From: the human T2T-CHM13v2.0 reference genome, Homo sapiens
Length of the DNA: 64,000 nt
NCBI RefSeq assembly: GCF_009914755.1
Contig: NC_060939.1
Direction: 5' to 3' (one strand)
The notes beneath the pieces are model-generated. The model was not told the origin of the DNA and ran no database searches. It saw only the letters and a list, made by a program, of their open reading frames with translations. Below, piece after piece: positions 46,177 through 59,554 of the stretch. The translations under genes and the position numbers were made by a program. How positions within the stretch are numbered: position 1 is the first letter of the stretch; each line of letters begins with the position of its first letter.

Positions 46177-46903
46177 TTAAATTTTATAGCTGATTATAAA
46201 ATGATCCTTTAAAGAGGAGCAAAGTGAGACAACAATTGTCTGTGGATGACAAAAACATTTTAGGGTAGCCACAGTTAAAGGCACAATTGACAAGGAAATT
46301 TACCTCTGTGGCACACAGTCATTTAACATAATAATTATAATTATTACAGATAACATATACTAAGTCATATTAGAATTATAGCAATTTCACATAATTTTGG
46401 AACATATACCAATAACACATTTACACAAATATAGACCAAAGAAAGCCAAACACCTTTTCATACTTGACAATGCTTCCTGCATGATTTTTGTACCAAATAA
46501 GCCAAATGTCATTTTTGGACTTTAGAGGACCTAATATTTCAAATATTAGGTTAGAAAGAGACAAAATTTATAATTTGATTTGGGAAAGTTTGTCATATAT
46601 CAAAGGTTTAAAACACTGGATATCACAAAATAGAATCCCAAGTCTCCATAAGTCATTCATCTGGCCAAAATGATAACTCCAAAAAAATTAAAAAAAAAAA
46701 ACCTTTACTCTGATAGAGGAGACTTAGCTTTCCAAACAAGACCCAGTAATGATAGCATGAGGCTAACTGCATTTGTCTCTTCTCTCTCCTCCCTTTTTTC
46801 CCTGCCATTTACCCAAAGGAGAAAACAAAGCCCTTTCATTATCTTTTAACATTACATAAAAATCATCTTCAAAAGATAAAACCAAATTTCATTTTTGCAT
46901 TAG

Positions 46904-47251
<348 letters not shown>

Positions 47252-48127
47252 CAAGAAGTTCATAAACTTTTTAGAACCCTTTACAATTTTCCATCAAACA
47301 GCAGATCAGTTTTCTAAGAACACCCTGTCATTAGGACAGATGGGCCCAGATTCTGGCCCCACAACAGTATCATTTTAATGTTTTAACCTACAGAAAAAAG
47401 CTAAATAATTTCTTTTAAATCTTAGCCAACTTGTGTATACTCACAGAATTTTTTAATAAGATTAACCCTTTACAAACCCTTTTCCCTTTGCTTAAACCTT
47501 CAGTTTTGTTCCATTACTCTTTTAGGTTAAGACAATCTTGAAAACCCCCTAAACTACACAAAATTACATTCCCTTTAACAAAAGCCATATTCCCATGCCT
47601 TCTTATCATCTTTTACCAAAAACACACTCCCCACAAACCTTGTATGTAAAACTGTTTCTCCAGTGGTCTCAACTACATGTTACAATGTTAAATCTTAGCA
47701 ACTTTTATTTTTAGTGAAAAACCTGGTAAGTGATTTTAATTATGTACTGGGGTGGAGCCTATGACATCTGACGGAAGTGAAGATAAGGTCTGGCTGTTAG
47801 CATAGCTGGAGGGCCTGGCTCTCCATATGTCCCCAGGCCTTATCTATCACCTAATGCTCCAAAGTAGTAAATCAAACAATTTTCAAAAGTCAAAGAAACA
47901 GTTGGACCTTAAAGCATTTAGCAAATCTGATATCTGACCTTAATTTAGACCAAATGTCTACGTTTTCAAGACATTTTATTTTACTGGTAATTTTTAAAAC
48001 TGTCTTTATTTCTGAAAGATTACTAAAGTCACATGAACCAAAAGGCATTAGTTTCTATTTTTCTGACAAAATATTTAAGTGCTTATTTTTCTAAGCCAAT
48101 TAACCAGAGCTCTTTTATACAAACATC

Positions 48128-48161
48128 TCACACACACACACACACACACACACACAACACA
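48128..48161. repeat. (CA)n microsatellite in ERV internal region
   Basis: Directly visible. Confidence 0.9.
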
Positions 48162-50049
48162 TATGAATACAAACAGACAGAAGATTCAGCACTTGTAAGA
48201 TTTTTCCTCTGCCAGTTTCTTAATTGGGTGACTGGCTTTAGGGTGGAGCCCTTGGAGGAACAGGGCCGGGAAAGCATGCATTTCTAGAGCCAAATAAGCA
48301 GCAAATAAGCAGTTGAAGGCAAAGACAGATCTCCAAAATTAAGGGTGCCATTTTATACTGGATCCTGGATCCCCAGCAGGAGGGCAATACTGCGGGAGAA
48401 GACCGTGCAGTGCTTCTACCCTGCATTCCATTCAAGGCAACCCAAAGCCAATCAGCCCATTTTGTAAACGGCCCATCTCTCACAGGAGTCTCATCTCCCA
48501 GTAGCGGGTGGGGATGCCTCCTTATCTTCCAGGTGGCCGAGAGCGTGCGTCTCTGATCCAGGTGTGCAGAGTCAAGTATCCCTCCACAACTACTATTAGC
48601 CACCCCCTAAGGTATATTTCCTACCTAGTTATCATAATGTGAAATAATTTCTGATACCTCCAAAACTCAAAACCATCGGATAACACAATGCAAAACAGAA
48701 CAGAGCCTTTGATTTTGAGAGGGATCTATCCACTTTTAATTCCTGGGGTTTCGTGAGGAAAACAGAGGGTGTTTTTTCCTCCAAAATGGGGTCTGTGGCA
48801 CCTCCTCTGTTTTTCCCAAGGAGTCCCAGGCTACCAGAAGTTATCGTAGGGCCTCTCATGTGTGCATTAAGAGAGGCAAGACAAAAAAAAATAGAGAAAA
48901 ATAATACAGTCGACTGAGAAGGAAAAATCTTGTTCCAGAAAAACAAATTCCAAGAAGAGAAATACATAAGGGCCTTTTAAAGATACCTATAGCTTGTTTA
49001 TCCGCTTTAAATTCAGCTGATTTTTAACCATAGCACTCTTAAAAAATATCCTTTACAATTTTTTTATTACCAGAATTTAGCCACACTAAGCGATCAATTT
49101 TTGGCTTTTGAATTCTACCACAGGTAACTTCCCACATGAAATTAATCAGTTTTAACTAAGGTTATAAATTAACCATGGACACATAGATGTCTCAAGGAGA
49201 TGGTAAGCAGTTTCTTTTTTTTACAAGATTTAGAATCTCCCCCAAGGTAGTTTAGAGAAAGGAAAATTCAAGACAGGAAATCAGAAGCTATCCATGGTGG
49301 GGCGGCGGAGGGCAGGGGAACCTCAATAAATGGCAAAGTTATATAAATAAAAAACCAGAAAGGAATTATTCCGGAAGCCAAGAATAGAACTCAGGCTGCC
49401 ATTGTCAAAAAGCAAAGCCTCAGCTACTGAGTTACAGCATTGAGCAGTTTCTATTGCTCTTCTCAGAAGGAGCCTAGAGAAGCCAATTTCAAGCTTGCAA
49501 AGGCTTTTAACTGCTCAAGATAATTTTTAGGGCTAACATGAATCTCAAAATTCCTGTCCTCTGGATGGTGGAAACCAAGAGAAAGTATCCACACATGGTC
49601 ATAAGGTTAAACTCTTAAGGACACAAAACAAGACAAAGAAATTTCATCCGGTATGGGTTTCAGAGACCTGCAGCAAAGTTTGTAACTGAGCAGCCTGCCA
49701 GGCTGGCTTGAAAAGTGGGCTTATAGGGGTCCTAAACCCACATTCTATCCTGTGATACCCCTCTCTCCATTACAGTACCAGAAAGACAAATTCTTAGCAC
49801 AAAGTACACCAGATTTGCTACTGCCTAAGACTAGTCTCACAAATCCTTTTTCTATTAATCAAATCCTTGCAGAGAGACAAATAGTGACATTTACTGTTTA
49901 CCCAGACACAGAAAGAGATAGAGAGACTAGAAACTTGGCTGGTAAGAATTTCTTACCCTTTTTGGTGGCATATTAGGTTTCCGGGTTCCCTTTCTCTGCA
50001 ACTTCTAGAAGAACGGAGTGGCTTCTGATGACCCTGCTTGCTCGTGCTA

Positions 50050-50179
50050 TAGCTGTGGGGTTCAAGCCACTTTACAAGAGAAAATCACCCTTTACCATTT
50101 TATGGAACCATAGGCAAGATTCTTAATTTGCAAGATGCTGCCCAACGGGCTGCATGGGGACCAAATTAACATTTTCCAT
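50050..50179 (-). pseudogene. Decayed gag matrix (p15-like) N-terminal remnant
   Basis: Manual translation: MENVNLVP / frameshift / SPLGSILQIKNLAYGSIKW*RVIFSCKVA*TPQ, resembling class I ERV Gag SPLGCIL..W......KKRLIFFC..AWPQY. Confidence 0.65.
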
Positions 50180-50680
50180 CCCAGCAAAACACACATAACA
50201 AAACAAACATTAGTCACCTCATTCAGCACCCAATATCAGCCTGGGAAAGCTCAAATTTTTTCCCTTTGGTCCCTGTTGTCTTTGATCTACTCCAGGTGGG
50301 GGGAGGTGACTTCTGAAAAGTAATTCACAATGGGGTCTCTGGGCAAGGCGAAAAGCAGATAGTCACCCCAAGAGACAGGCCTTTAGGGCTTATCGAATGT
50401 GAGCAGACAAATAAGGAGCGTTCTCTGAGTTAGACCTGCTGGACTTCCATCAGCAACCCCTCTGAGATCCCTTCCACATACACAAACACACACAAAGATG
50501 AGACAGACAGAAGGCCTTCCAAATCAGATCCCTAACCAAGAACTCCAAGAGTATCCCTTCCAAACTATCGTCCTATTCTCCGTCTGAGAAAGCGCCTTGA
50601 AATCTTCCTGTTGAGAAGTCTCCCAAACCAAGACTCTACCAGTTAGAACCAACCAAGACACCCCCAGGAGTCAAACAAAT

Positions 50681-50907
50681 ACCCCACAATGGGGCTACAG
50701 ACACAGACACCCCATGGTGGAGCTACAAACAGACAACCCTCAATGGGGCTACAGACACCACACCACAGGGCTATAGAACCAGTTGGGGAAGAAAGGAGGC
50801 ATTGGCAGCACCTAGGATACTCACCAATCTAGACATCCCATAATGGGGCTACAGACAGACACCCCACCATGGGGCTACAGACAGACATCCTGTGATAGGG
50901 CTACAGT
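50681..50907. repeat. About 28-bp degenerate tandem repeats in the ERV leader (about 7 copies, 2 clusters)
   Basis: Recurrent unit ccccac(a/c)atggggctacagacagaca. Confidence 0.85.
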
Positions 50908-51100
50908 TAAGGGACATCTCCCCAGGACTATTCCTCCTCTGCAATTAAATCCATGAACATTGGGTCAGCAGTGCCCTGCCAGTAGAGCGAGTATCAGAGT
51001 CAGCCCCTAGTCCAAGAGAACTAGGTGGCCACTTGGGCTGGCTTCTGGATCCATTGCTGAAGAGGGGCCACTGAACCAGGGGCAGGTAGCCACAAGGGCA

Positions 51101-51118
51101 ATCCTGGAAGAGCCCCAA
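51101..51118 (-). other. Primer binding site (tRNA-Pro)
   Basis: Minus strand TTGGGGCTCTTCCAGGAT vs canonical TGGGGGCTCGTCCGGGAT (3 mismatches), 4 nt from the 5' LTR. Confidence 0.85.
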
Positions 51119-51122
51119 AATT

Positions 51123-51802
51123 TGCAACTGCCCAAGGGGTTCACCTTGCCAGCTGCCTAGACAGAGCCAATTCATCAAGACAGGGAAATTGCAATGGAGA
51201 AAGAGTTATTCACACAGAGCTGGCTGTGCAGGAGACTGGAGTTTTATTATTACTCAAATCAGTCTTCCCAAGCATTTGGGAAGCAGAGTTTTTAAGGATA
51301 ACTTGGTGGGTGGGGGGAAGCCAGTGAGCCAGGAGTGTTGATTGGTCAGGGATGAAATCATAGGGAGTTGATGCTGTCTTCTTGTGCTGAGTCAGTTCCT
51401 GGGTGGGGCCCACAAGATTAAAGGAGCCAGTTGATTGATCTGGGCGGTGCCAGCTGATCCATCAAGTGCAGGGTCTGCAAAATATTCCAAGCACTGATCT
51501 TAGAGCAGTTCGGGGAGGGGGTCAGAATCTTGTAGCCACAAGCTGCATGGCTCCTAAACCATAATTTCTAATCTTGTGGCTAATGTTAGTCCTACAAAGG
51601 CAAACTAGTCCCCAGGAAAGAAGGAGGTCTGCTTTGGGAAAGGGTTGTTACCATCTTTGTTTAAACTATAAACTAAGTTTCTCCCAAAGTTAGTTCTGTC
51701 TATGCCCAGGAATGAACAAGGACAGCTTGGAGGTTAGAAGCAAGATGGAGTCAGTTAGATCTCTTTCACTGTCTCAGCCATAATTTTGCAAAAGTGGTTT
51801 CA
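51123..51802 (-). mobile_element. 5' LTR (LTR8)
   Basis: 680-bp direct repeat of 43637-44281, adjacent to the PBS. Confidence 0.92.
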
Positions 51803-52389
51803 CTGACAGCTTTAAGCCTGAGGCCTATCTTATAAGAAGGTACGGGGGTGGACCTTCTGGGATACTGCTTCAGGGACCCATAAAGGCCTTGTCGCCTGTG
51901 TCTGGCAGGCAGATGCCTTTAGAGGCAATTAACTGCAAATGTATCTCACTACAGGTGAGGAAACCAAGGCCCAGAGAGATCTGGAGATTTTCCACAATGT
52001 TCCACAGTCACACAATGAAACGAAGGGACAGATATTTCAGGAGCGCATTCTTGCGTTTCCGACACACCAGAGCTTTCATATACAAATCTCCTCCCCAGTC
52101 TGTCGGCACTGCTGTGGGCATCAGAAAATGGACTGGCTGTGCAGACACTGGAGAAGCAGGCAGATCTAGGGCCTAATATCTGTGAGAAGGGGCTAGGAAC
52201 ATGGGGTCTTGGATCTTAGTGAAGACCCTGAGCTGAGGGGGTAGATCGGGGCCGGAGACAGATAGGAGTGGGAGAACATTGCTGCAGGCTGAGGGATCCC
52301 TCCTGGTGCAGAAAGGAGATGAGCAGGTAGCTCTGACCAGCTCAGAGATCAAGTTTTTAATACTCTGATAGAGCAGGCAAGCCAGTACT

Positions 52390-52930
52390 ATCAGTTATGG
52401 ATAGTATTCAGCAGCAGGTAACCAAGACTCAAAAAGCTAAGACTTAACAAAAACAAAACACAAAAGATGAGGCATATCTTTCTGTCTTGCACTGTGAAAT
52501 CCAGGGGTGATCAGAACTGGGGCCACAACTCCAAGGTACCGCCAAAGACTCTAGCGTCTCCTAGCTTTCTTCTCTGCCAAGTGCCTCTGCTAGTGGCTTT
52601 CACCCTCAAGGTCACCTTCTAATCACAAGGTGGCCATTGGCTCTCCAAACATCAGGGCCACATTCTAGGTAGGAGAAAGGAGGAGGGGGAAGGGTGCCTG
52701 GCAGCGGAGTCAGCTTCCTTTCGAAGGAGGCTTCTTGGAACCCCACCCAAGAAGGGAACAACTTTGGCTTTTGCCTCATTGATCAGAATTGGTCATGCGG
52801 CCAGCCATAGCTATAAGGGAGGTTGGGAAATGCAGATTTTGTAGCTAGTTCATGGCTCCCCCAATCAGGGCTGTGTGAGTAAGGAAGAAGGAAATCACAG
52901 ATATGGGGTGAACAGACCACAGTCTCTGCT
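52390..52930 (-). mobile_element. Old MaLR LTR (MLT1J/K-like)
   Basis: 'cctcattgatcagaattggtcatgcggcca...aagggaggttgggaaatgcag'. Confidence 0.65.
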
Positions 52931-53119
52931 TCCTTCCCATAATTTGCAGGTGAATAAACAGGCTCAGGGAAGGAAGCAATTTGTCAAAGATTGCAGATAG
53001 TCAAGGGCGTACCTGAGACCAGACTCCAAAATTGCTGCCTCTGAGACTGGTGCTTCTTCCACTGTCTATACCTCTTCACTCTGTAGCCACACACCTGGCC
53101 CCAAGCAATAAAGTTATTC

Positions 53120-53340
53120 TTTATTAAGCATTAACTGTGCACCAGGTACTATGATAAAGGCTTTTGAAGCTTGTTTTCATTTAATCTCATCACACCATTT
53201 AAGGTGAGCATTATACAATTCCCATTTAAAGAGGAAGCAACTGAGGCTCAGCTAAATTAGGTGACTGCTGCAGGTCACAGAACTGGTAAGAGCAGAAGCA
53301 AACTTCAAACCCAGGTTCCCGACCCAGGCTGTGAGCAGTT
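53120..53340 (-). mobile_element. MIR
   Basis: 'cccatttaaagaggaagcaactgaggctcag...ggtcacagaactggtaag'. Confidence 0.75.
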
Positions 53341-54089
53341 AGTGCTTGTGATTAAAATGATCCAGGGACACCCCCAGTAAGCTGCTGAGTGGAGGTGGGT
53401 CTCTCTCAGTGACTCTGTAGTGTCAGGAGTGCCTTTAGTCGGCCCCGAATAGTTGGGCAACAAGCCTGGCATCAACTGAGGGAGCTTCCAGCCCCCGCCC
53501 ACCTGACCAGCCTCCCTCTCCACAGTTCCCCATTCCAGCCAATTACTCCTAATGGAGTGATATGAAATGTAACTAACTCAGGGAAATATCTGTATACTTT
53601 AATTAAATCAGTTTGCAATTAGCCATCTGAGTAATGAGGCTAAGGTATTTTATCTCCCTGTGAGCCAGCGGGCTAGAGGAACCATAGGCAGAGGTACTTT
53701 GTGTGAATAGCGTGGTCCTGGGGGCTGAACTCCTCAGGGATATAGACGCAGGTGTTGGAAGCCCCAGGAGAGGGTTTGGCCCAAATCTACTATGATTAAA
53801 TAAATATGGCACTTTAGAGAGGCGCTACTAATTTGTGGGACTAAATTTTTAATGGCTACAGCATGTTGTCTTATTAAAGAAATAGCGGGGACTTTCATCC
53901 GAACACTTCATGGCAAAGGGCTAAAAATTGCACATGTCCACTGGGTGTCCCTGATATCCCCAGACATGGCAAATGCCTGGCTGGGCAGGTTGACCAGTGT
54001 GCAGCAAGGGGCTTTCCCAGGAGGCCTGCAGCTGGGATGGAGGCCAGGACTAGTGCAAGGTGGGTGAGGCGACTGAGAGCAAATGGGAT

Positions 54090-54480
54090 GGAGGCCAGAA
54101 CTAGGGCAAGGTGGGTGAAACGACTGCATTGAGAGCAAAATTTAAGGAGGCCTCCAAATACTCAGTAATCAAACAATACTTTAATTTGATATGTATTTTA
54201 ATGATAATAAGCAAAATTTTAGAATTTTAAATAAAGACAAGGTCAGCAACATTGCCACACATCACAACCGTATTGGAGCCTCAGGCCAAAGGAAAAGTTG
54301 GTAAGTAATACTAATCTTGTCGTTACTTAAAGTTTTAATATTTTGTTCATCATGGATTTTGTGCATTAATTTTGATTTTAAAAAAGACTGCATTAAAATA
54401 CAGTGTATCTTGATTAATGAGCCTTAGCTGTGTTTCTGGGGGGTGAGGCCTCACTCACTCCACCCCCGCCCCACACCTGC
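54090..54480. mobile_element. MER96B-like hAT MITE
   Basis: 'gcaaaatttaaggagg...actcagtaatcaa', 'ttttgttcatcatggattttgtgcattaattttgatttt', degenerate inverted ends. Confidence 0.7.
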
Positions 54481-55029
54481 CACTGGGCTGCCCCTCAGTA
54501 TTTGTGTCTTTTTCGGGAAAGTGCTCATTCTGTGTGCCCCTCCAAGACCCAGCTGGGTTCTTAGGGCTCTAAATGTTAAAACTTCATGGTGGCTGAAAGG
54601 GAGGTGGCACTTGGAACTCGAGACCCTTCAAGCAGACAGCAGTCTCATGATGGCTCCAGCATGGCCCAGAGACCAGAGGCATCTGGCCTGAGGTCACACA
54701 GTGGGTTTGCAGCACAGCTCAAGCTGGAGCTGGAGTTTCCTGTTTCCCTACAGGGCTCTTTCTCATGGGAGGAGGGGCAGGCCTTTCAGGTGATCCAGGG
54801 TGAGCGTCCCCACAGAGCCACCCTGCATACTGGAAGGCTCTAATAAGATGACCCAGGGCACAGAGTGTTGATTGGCTGTCCTGCCTACCCCCAGCGAAAC
54901 CCTCTTCTCCCTTCCAGTGACTGGGCAGAGGCTGCCAAGTGACCCAGCTCTGGCCATTAAGACATAAGCAGAAGTTGCTGAGTGTGGCTAATGGAGACAG
55001 ACTCAGCTTATGTCTCTCTGGCCCTTTGT

Positions 55030-55660
55030 TTACTCTCTGCTTCATTCAGGTCTTTGCTCTCTGTCACCTCCTCAGAGAAACCTTCCCTGACCGTCTTATC
55101 TGAAATAGCAACTCCATCACTCTCCACCCCTTTTTCTTTTTTCTTTTTCTTTCTTTCTTTTTTTTCTTTTTGAGATGGAGTCTTACTCTTTCACCCAAGC
55201 TGGAGTGAAGTGATGTGATCTCAGCTCACTGCAACCTCCGCTCCCCCAGATCAAGCAATTCTCCTGCCTCAGCCTCCTGAGTAGCTGGGATTACAGGCAC
55301 CCGCCACGACACCCAGCTAATTTTTGTATTTTTAGTAGAGATGGGGTTTCGCCATCTTGCCCAGGCTGGTCTCCAACTCCTGACTTCAGGTCATCCACCT
55401 GCCTTGGCCTCCCAAAGTGCTGGGATTACAGATGTGAGCCACCATGCCTGGCCTCCATTTCTTTTTCTTGCCTTATATTTTATGGCCCTTATCAATTCCT
55501 CCCTGCCATTATGTTACGTAATTAATTGTACTTGCCTCCTCCACAAGAATGAGCTCCACGTGGGCAGGGCTCTCCTGTCTGGTTTCAGGCCATATCCCCA
55601 GGGTCTAGAATGGTGCTTGGCACATTGTAGGTCTTTAATAAATATTTCTTGAATGAATGG
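55030..55660 (+). mobile_element. L2 3' fragment interrupted by an Alu
   Basis: 'gtcacctcctcagagaaaccttccctgacc...ggtgcttggcacattgtagg...aataaatatttcttgaatgaatg'. Confidence 0.8.
55131..55453 (-). mobile_element. AluS element
   Basis: Full dimer with T-rich tail. Confidence 0.95.
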
Positions 55661-57982
55661 ACATACTCTGAGCCACTGGGTGCCTGAACCTTTACTCCTG
55701 CCTCTGACATCTGCCAGCTCTCTGTGGTGGCCGGTTAACTTTGTCCCTGGAATTAGAATTTCTGCCTCCTCTGGCACAAGCTCTCAGTACCTAAATGTGA
55801 ATTCCCATTGTTGGCCCCTGTGCTCCCCTGCAAGGGACGTCTGGACACCTCAGATCCCAGCCAGTTTGCCCTCGGGCTCTGCCGCCACCAGCTCTGTCTC
55901 ACCAGACACCCAGCCATCTCTATCCCCAGTTATGGCTGGGGACCCTCCGCCAGGGGCATCCTTTCCCATCCTTCTTCATTCTTATCCTCAGTGTCATCAT
56001 CCTTGTGGGATCCCAGGCAGTGATGACACTGCATGAGGACTTTCCTCCTCCCTCGTTGGCAATACTTCAAAAGCCATTACCTCCTCATTCTGATTTCCAA
56101 AATGGAGCCTGCCTCTAAGAAAACAAAATGAATGGGTTTGGTGTGCCAGCCTCCATTAACTGGCTACCCGAACAAATCAACAGCAGAAATTCAAGGAAAT
56201 TGCTGGAGCAAATTGAGAAGCCAGATTATTTGGGTTTCTTGATTGAGATTGGAAGAATAATTATTTGAGGGTTCCATTTAATAAGCTTTGTTTACTAACC
56301 CCAGGTCCTGTTTTGATACTTCCACCTCGATTATTGGGGGTGGGGCCCCCTAAGATAAATAATTTTGACATTATTGCTGATAGGGGCCTCAGAACTCATT
56401 TAACTCAATCCTTTCATTGTATACATGGAGAAAATGAGGCTCAGAGAGGAAAAGGAGCTGCTCAAGGTTCCCAGGGATTAGAGACTCCAAGCCAGGGTGC
56501 TTCTACTTGTAAGAAAACCAGCAAGAGGGTCAAGGAGCCCACGGGCGTCCTTCTGAGATGAGACATCGGTGCATCCTGAAGAAGGCTACAGACCCCAGTG
56601 TTCTCACCAGGCAAGGAAACACTGAGACAATTACCCTGGCAGGGAGAGCGTGCCATCGTCTCCAGGGACCTGAGTCTTCCTAGGAAGGTAAAAATGGCTG
56701 CCACATAGGTGCCCCCTTCTGCTTGGGATCCCCGTCTTTACCTCGTAATCACTGACAATGCCACAAGTCCCAGTACTTCAGAGAATTACTGAGTGCGAGC
56801 GGTAGTCTGGGGAAGCTACCATGAGGCCCGGGGAGGGGACTGGAATTGCCCAGTTCCGGAGCAGCCAGGGCTACAGTCCAGGTCTCCAGAGTCCGCAAAA
56901 AGGGTACCGCTCCCCACTCCACACTGCCCCAGTCCAGTTCACAGCACTGAGATGTTGACCTGGGAGGCAGTGAGGCCAGACCTGGATGGCCAGCCCTGGC
57001 AGATGTCCTCTGTTCCTTCACGTGAGCTGGGAAACAGGGTGAGAATGGATAGTAAGTGATCTGGGGAACCAGAAGAGGCAGGGTGTGGCCAGGGAGGCTT
57101 CCTGATGGGAGAGTGGAGTCTCTGTGCCTGAAGGAGGAAAAGATTTTGGTGGGCCAAGGGATGTTTGTCAACAGTAATACTGAGTGGGGAATCAGGGTGC
57201 ATTAGACGGGTCAGAGGAAACTCATTCCTTCTACACATTTTCTGATCCTTTATTAGGTGCTGGGTTCCTGCATCTGCCATTTATTTTAATCCTCACAGCA
57301 ACCCTCTAAGGAGGCAGTTGTTGTATTTTCACTTGGCAGTTAAGGGAAGTGGCCCAGAGAAGTGACATCATTGCCTGTTCACACAGGAAATGGTAGAGAA
57401 GGAATTTGAACCAGGAATAGATGTCTCTTTCCACTCTAAGATGTACAAACTGCTCATAATGGATTCCTAGGAATAGGCTTTCAGGGAAGGCTCATAGGTG
57501 GGCCCATAGGAAAGGGGGTTCAGAGGGCCAATTATATTCTGGGCCACTGCCACTGTTGGGCCTGGCTCCCTCTTTGAAATATTCACAGAAAGTCACCTGA
57601 CCCCTCTAATTATTCATATGTTTGTTCTTCCCACAAACGCAGCCAGCACCTTCTCTGCGTCAGGAGCTACAGTGACTATTGGGGGTGTAGAGGTGCCTGC
57701 TTCCTTCTGCAGCTCAAGCGTCATTCATATGAAATGACTGCAGGATCCCTGACCAGCTCAGCACAGCAACCCAGCTTCCCTGGGTGGCAGGGCTGCTTCC
57801 CCAGAGGTGCCATGTGTCTGATGGGCACCATGACAGTGGGTCTGGCACCAACACCATCTTTACCCCGCACTTGCATCAATACGATCCAAGCTGACGTTAA
57901 TTCTCTTAACAGCTATATGACATCTTTATTTTTTAAATTTCTGTTTTAGTTCTCTTCCTTGCAAGATATACCACATCTTTAG

Positions 57983-58264
<282 letters not shown>

Positions 58265-58309
58265 ATAAGAACCTGCTATATCACATCAAGTGTCCGCCAT
58301 CCCATGCTC

Positions 58310-58860
58310 ATGCTCCGGCAATTGATTGTTTGAACCTAAATGGGAAATGTCACATTTTTTGTCGTTCGATTTCACTTTATTGCATTCAGCCCATTTTTTG
58401 TAGCCTATTAAACACTTTTCTAATCCAGATTTTGTCACTCAAGTGCTTCTGCCCCATGCCTGGAGATGCAGAAAGTCTGCCTTTAGAGTCTTCATAAAAG
58501 GGAGTAAAAAGCGGAATAGAACAGAGATAAGGATGGGCCTACACAGTTTCACCAGAGACCTCCCTCTAATCAATTGCTCCATATTCTGTGTGCAGGGTTG
58601 ATTAACCAGCTGTGTATCTGCATGTTTAAACTCTCTTCTTGCCTCACCTCTCCACTTTGTTCACCAGTCTAACAAGAGAGACTTACAAAATGCTTGGCAA
58701 AAATAAAAATGCATTAGGCCTAAAGCGTCTCATCAGAAGGGAAGCCAGGTGAGTTTGGGGTAACTTTTCTTAGTGAATCCCCACTGACTTTTAGCAGTCA
58801 CCATTTCTTTTCTAACGACTTGTAAACTAGGAGAACACTATCAATTGCAAAAGAAATTTC
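58310..58860 (-). mobile_element. CR1/L3 LINE fragment
   Basis: 'ttaaccagctgtgtatc', 'acaagagagacttacaaaatgcttggc', 'ttcttagtgaatccccactgactt' resemble L3 RT region; highly diverged. Confidence 0.55.
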
Positions 58861-59294
58861 TCCAAAGGGCAGCAACCCCTTTGCAGGTCAAGGATGACAT
58901 GATTCCATTGCAGCTGGAGACCCAGCTTCCTCCAGATGCAGGAGGTGCAGATCTGGAAGAAACTCGCAAAGAAGGCTGCACCGGGGAGGGTGTGCCAGGA
59001 ACAAAGCCACAATAACATTCTGGGAGAGGACAATTAAAAACCCAAATCTGGGAAAGATGGTAGAAACAGAATGAGCTGGGACCTTTGGTCCCACCTCAAG
59101 ATTGAAGCCATGGAAGAGAATGGTCCATTGAGTACAGCTATGGCTGAAGCCTAAAAGCCCTGGACCAGAAGCAGGTTAGACACAAGACATGGGCGCACTG
59201 GGAGCTAAAGGCACCAAAGGGTGTGACAGCAGCTGGAGCTGGGTGGTCATTTTCAGAGCCATTAGACTTGCAATCACGCAAAGAGGCTGGCTTT

Positions 59295-59554
59295 CTTTTT
59301 TTTTTCTTTTTTTGAGATGGAGTCTTGCTCTGTCACCCAGGCACCTCCTGGGTTCAAGCAGTTCTCTGCCTCAGCCTCCCGAGTAGCTGAGGTTACAGGC
59401 ACCCACCACCATGCCCAGCTAATTTTTGTATTTTTAGTAGAGACAGGGTTTCACCATCTTGGCCAAGCTGGTCTTGAACTCTTGACCTCATGATCCACCC
59501 GCCTTGGCCTCCCAAAGTGCTGGGATTACAGGCGTGAGCCACCACGCCCGGCCA
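59295..59554 (-). mobile_element. AluS with an internal deletion in the right arm
   Basis: 'tcacccagg|cacctcctggg' skips about 35 bp; TSD AGGCTGGCTTT. Confidence 0.9.

Noticed and set aside
50681-50907. Repeat array superficially like a CRISPR
   Set aside because: Degenerate tandem units without unique spacers, inside a primate ERV leader; no cas genes
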